A DNA stretch of 64,000 nucleotides from positions 1,178,001 through 1,242,000 of the forward strand of contig JADEYG010000004.1 in NCBI GenBank assembly GCA_016906335.1, read 5' to 3'. The DNA is from Novakomyces olei. Its lineage: Eukaryota. Positions 1-10,219 of this stretch are shown in pieces (positions within the stretch are counted from its first letter, which is position 1; every line of letters begins with the position of its first letter). The position numbers and the translations under genes are program-made. A model generated the notes under the pieces. That model was not told the DNA's origin and searched no databases. It worked only from the letters and a program-made list of their open reading frames with translations.

Positions 1-149
1 TATCATTTGAGCCACATTCAATTGTGCTTGTCACTAGCGGCGGACAAATTCGATTTTCGTGTAGAATGCAACTCTATCGGGCAGCCTTAAACGTTAAAAG
101 CATTGGCCTAAATGTCTATTATTACCAGTGGATTAATCTTCAACAATTT

Positions 150-300
150 ACAAATATCCACAATATATCCACAATATATATCCACAATATATCCACAATA
201 TATCCACAATATATCCACAATATATCCACAATATATCCACAATATATCCACAATATATCCACAATATATCCACAATATATCCACAATATAATCACAATAC
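150..300. repeat. 11-bp minisatellite (CCACAATATAT)n
   Basis: About 12 near-perfect tandem copies, read directly; source of spurious ORFs at 24-338. Confidence 0.95.
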
Positions 301-438
301 ATATCGCGCAAACACCAACATGTCCCATCGATACATAATCAGCCTTAATTTTGCCATCTATAATGTATACCGAAATTATTTATTAATTTATTCCGAATAT
401 CATCCACAATCAAATTTTGTCTCTCGCCACACCCGTTC

Positions 439-663
439 ATGTTGTGTGGGTTGGAAGTGCGTCAAGACTATATTTCCGACCGAGGTGAGTGCCATTATAA
501 CCCGCCTTTACTCAATTAACCTGTATTATCGTTATAATAAAGCTCTACTGCTTCATATTGCCTTTTCCCGTCCTTTCTAACGCTCTCTTCTCTTGTCAAT
601 TTGCAAATTAAAAAAAGTTTCTACTTGGTTGCTGATCCGCTAGTCTGGACAACGAGTGCCTAA
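439..663 (+). CDS. Arginine attenuator peptide uORF, intron-split (439-484, 644-663), MLCGLEVRQDYISDRVWTTSA
   Basis: ATG at 439; GTGAGT donor at 485; CTGAT branch then TAG acceptor at 641-643. The spliced peptide has QDYISDxxW, as in S. cerevisiae CPA1 AAP (QDYISDHIW) and N. crassa arg-2 AAP (QDYLSDHLW). It stops 25 nt before the CPA1 ATG. Confidence 0.9.
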
Positions 664-688
664 CTGATCCAATCAAACTATACTGATA

Positions 689-2210
689 ATGCGTCTCATG
701 TCTGTGGCTCGGCATCCCCGCCAATCTCTGATTGGCGGCATCTGTAAATCCTCGCTCCGGCCAGTCTCTGCCCTCTGCAAGCGTACTCTCCCGGCAGCAG
801 CTTCTGCTCGCGTCTTTTCCCAATCGTCTATGCCGCGGTTCCCCGCTCCTGTTGCCAAAGGACACCAGGACGGTTTCCATGTATCGCCGACACTTGCTTC
901 AAGCGACGCGCTTGATCGTGCTACTTTTACGATTATGGTACGTTGCTCTTTTTATCATCTCTTTTTATCAGCTCTTTTTATCAGCTCTTTTTATCAGCTC
1001 TTTTTATCAGCTCTTATTATCAGCTCTTTAATCAGCTCGTTTTATCAGCTATTTTTATCAATTAATTTTCACAAATTGATCTAACTGGCAGGACGGCCCC
1101 GTCTTCCACGGCTTGTCGTTCGGTGCCAAGCAAAACGTCTCGGGCGAGGCCGTGTTCACAACCTCTCTTGTCGGCTACCCCGAGTCAATGACCGATCCGT
1201 CGTACCGTGGCCAGATCCTGGTCTTTACGCAGCCTCTTATCGGCAACTATGGTGTGCCCTCGTCCGAGGCGCGTGACGAGTACGGATTGCTGCGTTTCTT
1301 TGAGTCTCCCCAAATCCAGTGTGCCGGAATTGTCGTGAGCGACGTTGCCCTCCGCTACTCCCATTGGACGGCCGTCGAGTCTCTCGGCGAATGGTGTGCG
1401 AGACAGGGCGTGGCAGCTGTCTCTGGCGTCGACACTCGGGCAATTGTGACTCTGCTGCGTGAACGCGGCTCTTCCCTCGCTAAAATTACAGTGGGCGAGG
1501 AGTACGATGAGAACGATGACGAAGCCTTCAACGACCCTGGAGCTATCAACCTGGTCCAGGCTGTTACTACAAAGCAGCCTTACTCCGTCACCAGCGGGCA
1601 CGGAAAGCTGCACGTGGCCGTTCTCGACTGCGGAGTCAAAGAGAACATTCTGCGATCGCTTGTCCGCCGAGGTGCTGACGTCACTGTATTCCCCTACGAC
1701 TATCCGATCCAAGAAGTGGCGGACAAGTTTGACGGAGTGTTCCTGACCAATGGTCCGGGCGACCCTACTCACGCGATCAAGACCATTGAAAACTTGCGTG
1801 AACTGACCTCGTTCTATGAAGGCCCAATAATGGGTATTTGCTTGGGCCACCAGCTGCTTTCTCTCGCAGCCGGAGCCAAAACGATAAAGCTCAAGTATGG
1901 CAATCGCGGACACAATATCCCTGCTCTCGATATTGCTACCGGCCGCTGCCATATCACGTCGCAGAACCACGGGTACGCTGTTGACGCGGCCACTCTGCCC
2001 GCCGGCTACCGTGCGACCTGGGTCAATTTGAACGATGACAGCAACGAGGGTATTAGCCACATTTCCCGGCCAATTTCGTCTGTGCAGTTCCATCCAGAGG
2101 CCAAGGGCGGCCCGCAGGATACGTTTTACCTGTTTGATAACTACATTAGCCAGGCAGAAAAGTATGCCAGTGATCGTGCAGCATCGCACGTTTCCCGCGT
2201 GGGTGCTTAG
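689..2210 (+). CDS. CPA1: Arginine-specific carbamoyl-phosphate synthase small (glutaminase) subunit; exons 689-937, 1092-2210
   Basis: Basic mitochondrial-presequence-like N-terminus; [36 protein letters not shown] and FHPE motifs; GTACGT...CTAAC...CAG intron. Confidence 0.96.
950..1060. repeat. 13-bp intronic minisatellite (ATCAGCTCTTTTT)n
   Basis: About 8 tandem copies inside the CPA1 intron. Confidence 0.9.
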
Positions 2211-2244
2211 AAATATTATTGGGAATTTTCAAAGTATACAGCTC

Positions 2245-2313
2245 GGTAGAGTATACGGGTGGTAGAGTATACGGGTGGTAGAGTATACGGGTGGTAGAGT
2301 ATACGGGTGGTAG
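2245..2313. repeat. 16-bp tandem repeat (GGTAGAGTATACGGGT) x4
   Basis: Four perfect copies just downstream of the CPA1 stop. Confidence 0.95.
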
Positions 2314-2339
2314 ATTAGTGTTTCTAGATGTTTGATATC

Positions 2340-3170
2340 TCTTAAATTGTAATTAGAATTCTCGCGGACGCGTACTGTACACTGCGCCGTGTTTCCGAAA
2401 CGTACGAGCCTACTCGACACGGAGTAAGAGACCCGAAATGTTGGGGATTTTAGCCGTTGTAGAGTGGTATTTTGTCTATGGACAAAAGACAAGTTTACAA
2501 GGGGGAACCTATGTTAACGGTCAAGCTTGGCCTATTGCATTCTAGAGTATTTCACAATATAACTGGGTTAACTTTACTGCTGTAACGTGAAGGCGGCCTC
2601 CGGGGCGCCGTAACAGACACTCGTAGACAAACAATTAATAACTTTGGCTTTCAAAAGAGGCAGAAGGCCGGCCTTTTATAGCCTTTAAGACAAAGAAGGA
2701 CAAAGGGCAAGAGCAAAGGACAAATACAATATTTCTCTTTTTAGGAACTACTTCTACAAGGGAGATAAGGGACCCCGTAGTCTCACAACCTATTTTGCAT
2801 AATAAAATATTGCACAATAATGGTAAACGCTTTGAAAAATAATATGACAGACTCTGGGCAATATGGCCAAAACGATGAAAAGGCATAATATAGTTGGAGC
2901 ACGAAATAATATGTGCCTGCAAATAACAATGCACTACCGCCCTACTGCACAGGATTCATAGACGTGTAGTAAGGACGAATGAAAAAACGGCAGGGAATAT
3001 AGAACATTATGCAAAGCGATGCAGAGGCAAATACCCGATCGACTCAATTATTAGGGTTAGGGTTAGTTAGGTTTTGGCCGAAGTCTGCACTGACGTAGCG
3101 ACGGCCTGGGGACGAGTGGATAAGCAAAAGTATGCTTGCTATACAGCACATACGCGTTATTGTTACTGTA
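2340..3170 (-). ncRNA. Candidate telomerase RNA (ends uncertain)
   Basis: Minus-strand template-like CCUAACUAACCCUAACCCUAA (3071-3051) follows a GC hairpin (3106-3076). Two nested 7-bp long-range helices (3148-3142/2584-2578 and 3118-3112/2624-2618) enclose it and a U-rich/A-rich pseudoknot-capable segment. No credible ORF here. Confidence 0.5.
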
Positions 3171-3240
3171 CTACCTTATTATCTACTCGCACGGATAGCC
3201 AGGTGATTGAATCTAATTGTATAGCAATTCAACTCAAACC

Positions 3241-4768
3241 CTACCAATCATTATCCCAATCATCTCCTCCTCGTGCCTCTGAAGTACGAGAGATCTTTTC
3301 TACACTATGCTGCCGGCCATGAGCTCCGTAGGAAGCGGATTTAGGCTGGCTCGAGCTGGTGCTTAACTGCCTTGCCTTAATCGCGCCACTAGTTCCCTCC
3401 TCAGAAGCAGGAAGTGTGCTTCCGTACGAGGACCGACGCGAACCGTTATTCCCGTCATACGAATACTTTGCACTTTCAGCTTCCAACGATTGACTTTCGT
3501 TGTTTATGCGATTTATAAAAGAAGAATTCTCTGCTTGAGGTATTCCCTCTTGTGCCAGTCGGGAAAGTCTATCCATCCCTTGCATTGTTCCATCTTGGAT
3601 TTTCCGCCCAATATCCTCAAATTGCCGACTAATTCCACTCTCGTCTAATTGCTGTTGAACTTGTTTCGAAGTGCTAGCCGCCCAGCGACCCAAAGCTGAC
3701 CAGCCCAGACTCAGGCTGGAAGCCACGTCTTCTATACCAGAAGGCCAGGCTGCCGTTTCGGCTGGTGCTTCATTAGAAGAACCAAATCCCGCGTACCGGC
3801 CACCTTGGCTCGGGGGTAGATTGTCCGGCCGAGCCGCGTTTACAGAACCAAGTGAGGAAAAGTACGCTTCATTTTCAGCTTTTCCGTATGAATCTGAAAT
3901 AATTAGAGTATGACTAGAGATATAATCAGAGCAGACAAGGAAGGAGTAAAGCAAAACACACGAATATATCCAATTAAAAATTGTAAAGCGAGATTAAAAA
4001 AAGAGGAATAAACTAAAAAGCAATAGGATTAAATGTGCATAAAAAACGGCAAGCGACTAGACACAAGCAAACACAAAGTTAAATACAAAACACGCCACGC
4101 CACAACACGCTTACTTTTTATCCCGTCGATCCTATCGTTTGTGCTTCCATTGGAAAAACTATTGCTGCCGCTCGTGCTTTGTCTAGCAAGTCTAGCTCTG
4201 TCTTGCGGATCTTTCTGGACCCATTCGCGGCCTTCTGCATCGGCAGAGAGCTTATCTCGATAATCCTCCGCAGCAGGGCTGCTATACTTTTCGCGAATAC
4301 TTTGGCCGCTCACATAGTCCGGCCGGCTATTAAAAAAGTCTTTTGCTCTTTGGTTTCCACCGACCTTTCCAAAATTAGGTTCAGCTTGTCCATTACAAAA
4401 GTCGGTCCATTAAAAAAGATAAAAAGTACGGAATAAATAAAATGTATGGACGCAAGTGAGAATATAACGCGACCAAACCGGCGCGCCAGCTAGGCTTGCC
4501 GAGTGTTTACCTGCATTTTCCGTATTTGAGCATCACTCCATTTGTCCATAGTTATACTGCGGACGAATGATACGTGCACGCCCAACCCGCGATGCTGTCC
4601 AGAGCACTCTAAGCCTGTTCAAATATCAGTAAAATAGCTGCTTTCGAGTCCAATTTCAATACAAATGAATATGCCGTTATTTACAGATGCCCATTGTGGG
4701 TTAGGCGCCTGGCAATCGGCACACGACCGGTTGCCACCCTGTTTCTGCAGGTCCAACAGCTTGTTCAT
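3241..4768 (-). CDS. GCS1: ADP-ribosylation factor GTPase-activating protein (Gcs1/ArfGAP1-like), 4 exons
   Basis: Spliced CADC-x16-CLEC zinc finger, [22 protein letters not shown] motif, [12 protein letters not shown] and a DDWDNDW tail. Confidence 0.9.
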
Positions 4769-5298
4769 CGACGTAATGCCGTTCGCGATACTCGGACGTG
4801 CTTGATATACGCACGAAATATTACTTGTATTTGGACACATGATTAGCGCTGTGAAGATTGAATTAATATCCGATTATGAGTAATCTGCGGCCGCTGACAC
4901 AAACAATATACTGTAGCTTCAATGCTTATCGTTTACAACACAAACCCGTTTGGCTTGATAGATTGGATAATTGTATGTACAAAAGAGACTGTACTAGGGT
5001 TCTTGCATGCTTTAGCTTCTGGCTTGGGAAATTGCCTTCATTATGCTAGTGCTGCCTGTCACATTGGCAAACTAGTTTGAATTGGTTTAAATATATTTAT
5101 TATTTACTATTTATCATTTATCATTTTTTATTTATCATTTATTTGTTTTTGCTTAATGGACAGATAGTTTACCTCGAATCCCGGAATCAAGGCCACTCGC
5201 TTTTAGGGATCACGAAAAAAAGGCGCAATAAATAGAACAGAGAAATAGAGCCCCAAAATTAAACCAAAATTAGTCTGATAGCGCTTGGACCCGTAAAC

Positions 5299-6043
5299 CT
5301 ATGCAAAAAACGTTCCAACAAGCAGTACCGTCAGACCGGTAAACGAAGAAGCAGCGACAATATTTGCGCTTCGTTTCCAGCGCGCAAACTCAATTTCTAC
5401 TGCCTCTGCGTTTTTCTCGTCTTCGTCGCTCATTAGTGGCAACCTCCACCAACAAATGGTACTGCCGGCAGCCAGTAGCGTAGTATAGAGAAGATATGGG
5501 TGCCGGACATATGTGGGCGATACCGCGTAAGCGCCGACGAAGCCAAGAGTAGCTAGAGATCCTAGTAATAGTCCAGGGATGTGTAATCTGATAAGAAAAT
5601 TAGCACATTTTGCAATAAAAAAGCGATAGAAACGAGGGCAGACAGCAGGCTGATAAAAGAAACCAAGACAGGCTAGAAGAAAGCGAAAAACAACAGGCCA
5701 AACGGGTGAGGCAATCAAGAGTAGCCAAACCCATAAGCTTAGCAGTAAAATCCTTCCTGAGAAGCACGTGAACAGTTCCGGAATAGAATAAAACAGAGAT
5801 TAAAGTTAGCTTCAACCCACTTTTTAGCTGCGCGCGTGACAGATAGAGTGGACAGCCGCGCCGAAGTGGCCAACTCGGGAATCAATACGGAAAGAGCTAC
5901 GGCACCTCCCTAAAAAAATACCCAAAAAAGATCAAAGGTCAGTATAAGGCATTTAAAAGGCGATAACCTACGGCGGCAGCTGTAAGCGACAAAGTGCCTA
6001 CAAGCTTACTGACTCCGACAATCACGCGTACACACTGATGCAT
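5299..6043 (-). CDS. ATG33: Atg33-like mitochondrial outer-membrane protein, 3 exons
   Basis: SKLVGTLSL N-terminus, SP..RHPYLLYT motif, several hydrophobic helices; frame is consistent across two GT-AG introns. Confidence 0.7.
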
Positions 6044-6637
6044 TTTGTATTGCGATGATTTCGATTGTGCAAGAACAAGAGGCAGATCATAATATACGTA
6101 TGGAAATAAAAATATAATTTATCAATGTACTATTTTTTAATGCCATCTTTCATGCCTTTGAACATATAAATTAATTTTAATCTATGCGTGACATGTGAAA
6201 GAGTACTAGGAAGTAAAAGACGCAGGAAATAAAAGACGCCATATGCATAGAACTTGAATATTGTATAGAATAATGGAATTATAATGGAATATTATAATGG
6301 AATATTATAATGGAATATTATAATATATAATTTTATATCGAGTATTTTTCATGAAACTCTGAACAGCTCTAGAATGTAGAGTCGATGATTGTCTGTAGAA
6401 TCGTGGTACAAGCACCTTTCTCAAACACTTTGACAAAGTAAGCGATAACGTGTTCTATCGTAAAACGCTGCTTTACTGCAGAAGCCTGCTGTATTGCTCG
6501 AGTATAACACTCGCGATAATATACAAAACTAGTACTTGAAAGCCTTTGGATATAACGTAGAGATATCAGGTGTAAAATACATTCACATGCACGTCGCTGC
6601 ACACTCTTACTCCATGCTTGTCCTTCGCTCGCCAAAT

Positions 6638-9511
6638 CTAAGTATGCAATCCCTTCCCACTCGCACTAAACTCGGTGGCATTCGCATCATACTCCAAAAA
6701 TCGGCCGAGACGACAGCTGAATTTATGCGCCAGCCAAAGGATTCTAGTCCTTCTTGCCGAGTGCCACAGAGACTCCTGTGACGGATGACTTGCTTCGTCG
6801 TAAAAGTATTGCAAAACATCGGGAATTTCAGGCTCACGTCGCCAAATCCAAGCTGTCCACGGCAGACAAAGCAGTACCGGATCCTCTGGGCACTGCAATT
6901 CCAAAGCATGAGCAGCAAAGACCGTCTCTAATGCGCCGCCAGCGCCAGCACCAGGCCCCACAGAGCCTCTGTCTCCAGCCGGACTAGAGTCTTCCGCTTT
7001 AACTTGCCTGGCCAGCCGAGTACATACCTGAGCAAGCTGTGTCCAGGGAAACAGATTGAGGAGCACGCCCATCTGCTCTGGGCCCAGGCACTCGTCGCCA
7101 CGCTCACAAAGATGGTAAATGTAGGCCATCAGCACAAAAGTCCCAGGGCCCTGCTCAGGCTCGTTCAGGCTCCAATGCACACAGGCCTCGTAAAAGCATG
7201 AAATATCCGCCAAATTCGTTACACTATTTCTCCACACAAAGGGCGAATTCTTCAAATTTTGTTTAAATTTGTCTCCGCCGTGGGAGTCAACAAACTTTTC
7301 CAGTCGGTAGCTGAGTATTAGTCGCCTCGTCGAACTGACTTCTGCGTCCCTTTCAGCTGCCATTGCTGCCTCGGGCGCCATTGCAGTCGTGCCGTCACTC
7401 ATCTCTGCATCGCGCCGCTGTATATTGCGAAGGCAAAAGAGCACACACAAACACATCGACAGTTGGTCCATGTCACTGCTGTCACTGGCAAATATTTGCT
7501 CAACCAACGCCCTAAATTCGTTGGGAGACTCGCCGGCCAGCAAGCAATGCATTAGATACACATCGAGTCCCGGACCGTAGCGGACACGTGGGTCTGTGCT
7601 GCTTAGAGAACCATCAAACTGCCCACAGTACTGAGCAATGTAGGCAAGGATGAACGTGCCATAGTCCCTGGCGGGCTGCCTGCACATGGACGAGGCCAGT
7701 GAGGAAGCCAGATTGTCGTAAATGTCCTCGTCAAACATTGTAGATACAAGCAACGAGTCGCCAGCATCTCGCTCGTAAGCTAGGGCCCTTGTGGTCAAGT
7801 CCAGTCTTAAATCTGACGCCTGTGAAAACGAAAGACTGCCTATACTGGACGCCGGAGTAGGCTGTTTGCTGTCCAGCTGCCGGGGACTGATGCTTGCTCG
7901 CAAGTCCGAGTTTTGTCCTCTTTCAAAGCTTGTATTTTCGTCGTGAATAAACGTGATTGAGGATTCAAGTATATTTGCCATCAACTGCAGGACCAGAGCC
8001 TGCTCACACCCGGCCTGCTCGTACACCACACCGAGGGAGAAGTAAGTTTCCAGCAGAACGATCTCCAAGATTTCCCTTATTGCCGGCGGACTGGTAGAGC
8101 GGGAAAACTGGGTAAAAGGCTGCAGTACATTTGCATACAATCGCGAGAATATACGGTGACGGTAGACGAGATGCTTCGTTCCTGCTGAGGCTGACGGAGT
8201 CTGCGTCAGCATTATAAAATCCCAAAATCGATCAAACGCCTCAAAGTACCGATCAACACACTCTAACAATACCTTGAACGCTGGACTAGTGCCGCCTACT
8301 CTAGAGTCTGCGCCTTGAGTGTCATTGGTTAGTAAATCACCAGCGTCCCAAAAGGCATTTACATTTACGCCATGTCCAGAGCCCCTGCCAGCTCCTACGG
8401 TCCCAGGCCCGGTAACCACTCGGCCCATACATTTACAAAACTTGGCCTCGCTTACGCACAAGGCAGCGTATGCGTCTTGCAGGCATTTTACAAAATCATC
8501 AAAGTCGATTGCACGAGTTTCCAGTGCAGGTTTACGTGCTGCACGTTGCAAGAGCGAGTACTGTACAGGCGCCGGCTGGTGAGCATGAGGAGACGGCTGT
8601 TGGTAGTGTTGCTGGTACGGCTGTGCTGGAGACTGCTGCTTGTACCGCTTTCCCCTTGCCAGTTCCGTATCGACACTATTGCTGCCATCCCGACCAGGCC
8701 CGGGATTAGTGCTGCGACCGGCTCCGCGTCCACTCCGGCCTCCACTCCGGCCTCCACTCCGGCCCCGGCTCCGGCCCCGGCCCCGGCTGCCACGTGCAGG
8801 CAATTGCAGGGCAGACTGAGGCGGCAGCTGTGACTGTGACTGAGGCTGGGCATTGTCCCTGTCCCTATTTTCTTTGGCCGCCGGACCGGCAAATGCGTTA
8901 CCGGCTAACGCTCCGGCTCTAGCCGTACTGCCTTCCAGGCTGTTTGTGGCCTGAGCTTTGCTCCCACTGCTTAGCTGTACGGAAAACCCTGCATTGTGTA
9001 ACTGCCGCGGGCCGGTGGATTCCTGCAGCGAATCCTGCTTGCGATCGGGTTTAAGAGCCGTCGGTTTGCCCTGAGCAGACACGGCAAAAGGCCGTGCCAC
9101 TCTGTTCTCGTCAGCCTCGCGTCTGGCGCCCGCCTCCATCTCGACAAACGGCAGAGGGTGCACCTCGTTTGCACTATTCCTATACCCATTGCTATCGCTA
9201 TTGCTATTGCTATTGCTATTGCTATTGCCATTGCCATCACGGTCTCCACTGGCTGACGGCCTGGAACGCGTAAGCAGCCGGACCGGTTCACGGACAGCCC
9301 TGCCGCCGGTGCCGGTCTCAAGAGCCAAAGATTGGGAGTCAGGAGCCGAAGATTTGGCTGCTCGAGAGCCACGCAGAGGACGTCCTCGGGTGGAAGAAGC
9401 GAGCTTGCCTCTCTGCGGATTCGTGCTCCTCGTGTAATGCTGGAGAGGCATTGCGCCAGCGCGAGTCGCAGGCGATCCTGATTCTTCGGAATCACTGCCG
9501 CCCGCTGCCAT
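6638..9511 (-). CDS. Est1/Ebs1/SMG7-like helical DNA/RNA-binding protein with disordered N-terminus
   Basis: Segments YAALCVSEAK, DFIMLTQTPSAS, PEDPVLLCLPW and RRTRILWLA resemble the conserved blocks of filamentous-fungal Est1-domain proteins; intronless 957-aa ORF. Confidence 0.62.
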   Translation of the reverse strand: MAAGGSDSEESGSPATRAGAMPLQHYTRSTNPQRGKLASSTRGRPLRGSRAAKSSAPDSQSLALETGTGGRAVREPVRLLTRSRPSASGDRDGNGNSNSNSNSNSDSNGYRNSANEVHPLPFVEMEAGARREADENRVARPFAVSAQGKPTALKPDRKQDSLQESTGPRQLHNAGFSVQLSSGSKAQATNSLEGSTARAGALAGNAFAGPAAKENRDRDNAQPQSQSQLPPQSALQLPARGSRGRGRSRGRSGGRSGGRSGRGAGRSTNPGPGRDGSNSVDTELARGKRYKQQSPAQPYQQHYQQPSPHAHQPAPVQYSLLQRAARKPALETRAIDFDDFVKCLQDAYAALCVSEAKFCKCMGRVVTGPGTVGAGRGSGHGVNVNAFWDAGDLLTNDTQGADSRVGGTSPAFKVLLECVDRYFEAFDRFWDFIMLTQTPSASAGTKHLVYRHRIFSRLYANVLQPFTQFSRSTSPPAIREILEIVLLETYFSLGVVYEQAGCEQALVLQLMANILESSITFIHDENTSFERGQNSDLRASISPRQLDSKQPTPASSIGSLSFSQASDLRLDLTTRALAYERDAGDSLLVSTMFDEDIYDNLASSLASSMCRQPARDYGTFILAYIAQYCGQFDGSLSSTDPRVRYGPGLDVYLMHCLLAGESPNEFRALVEQIFASDSSDMDQLSMCLCVLFCLRNIQRRDAEMSDGTTAMAPEAAMAAERDAEVSSTRRLILSYRLEKFVDSHGGDKFKQNLKNSPFVWRNSVTNLADISCFYEACVHWSLNEPEQGPGTFVLMAYIYHLCERGDECLGPEQMGVLLNLFPWTQLAQVCTRLARQVKAEDSSPAGDRGSVGPGAGAGGALETVFAAHALELQCPEDPVLLCLPWTAWIWRREPEIPDVLQYFYDEASHPSQESLWHSARRTRILWLAHKFSCRLGRFLEYDANATEFSASGKGLHT

Positions 9512-9732
9512 TCACGTTAAACTGGACACAATTGCTCTGATCGCTGCTCGTTCAGTATTTTGTCAGTTTAAGAGAGCTAATCTTGCTGCTGCGTGAGGCA
9601 GTCCATCCTGGACTCGGAAGAATCGCAGTGTATGACGCAGATGACGTACGGTTAATGCACCGGGGACTGAAATGCGTGATTGCGGTGCCGCCGCGTCGTC
9701 ATTCTGTGACCTTTTTCTTTTGGCACAGCGTC

Positions 9733-9739
9733 CACGTGA
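9733..9739 (-). promoter_or_regulatory. Possible Cbf1-type E-box (TCACGTG) in the MET2 / Est1-like divergent promoter
   Basis: Exact TCACGTG about 480 bp upstream of MET2. Cbf1 sites mark MET genes in budding yeast, but this is a single short match. Confidence 0.3.
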
Positions 9740-9926
9740 AAAGTCCTAGTCGCCTCTCATAGTATAAATAATTTGTATTTTTATATATGTAATGCGCTAT
9801 CGACCATCGACGTCAATCCATTTTTTATGTAAGGGAATTATAAAGCAAAGTTTTTATTGTATGGTTGCGCCCATATTATATTTCTATGGTATTTGTGTTG
9901 AAACTGTTGAATTTGTATTATTGTTT

Positions 9927-10072
9927 TAATTGTATAATTGTATAATTGTATAATTGTATAATTGTATAATTGTATAATTGTATAATTGTATAATTGTATA
10001 ATTGTATAATTGTATAATTGTATAATTGTATAATTGTATAATTGTATAATTGTATGTATAATTGTATAATTG
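9927..10072. repeat. 8-bp microsatellite (AATTGTAT)n
   Basis: About 17 tandem copies upstream of MET2. Confidence 0.95.
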
Positions 10073-10219
10073 TTGCATTCTACCATTGCAACATTTTATT
10101 ATCGGCGTTTCTTGTGCTTATCGCCAAGCAATACGTGTCAGAATAAGAGCCGCGACACGGTATCGAGCAAATATCACTGAAAAAGTTTGAGATAGCTTCG
10201 AGGCAGCAGGCGGCACGCT

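Noticed and set aside
1185-2189. Long antisense ORFs opposite CPA1, URA2, TAO3 and RPO41
   Set aside because: Shadow ORFs produced by codon bias of the real genes; no recognisable motifs
2245-2313. CRISPR-like or telomeric interpretation of short direct repeats
   Set aside because: No spacers, no cas genes, eukaryotic context; internal simple tandem repeats
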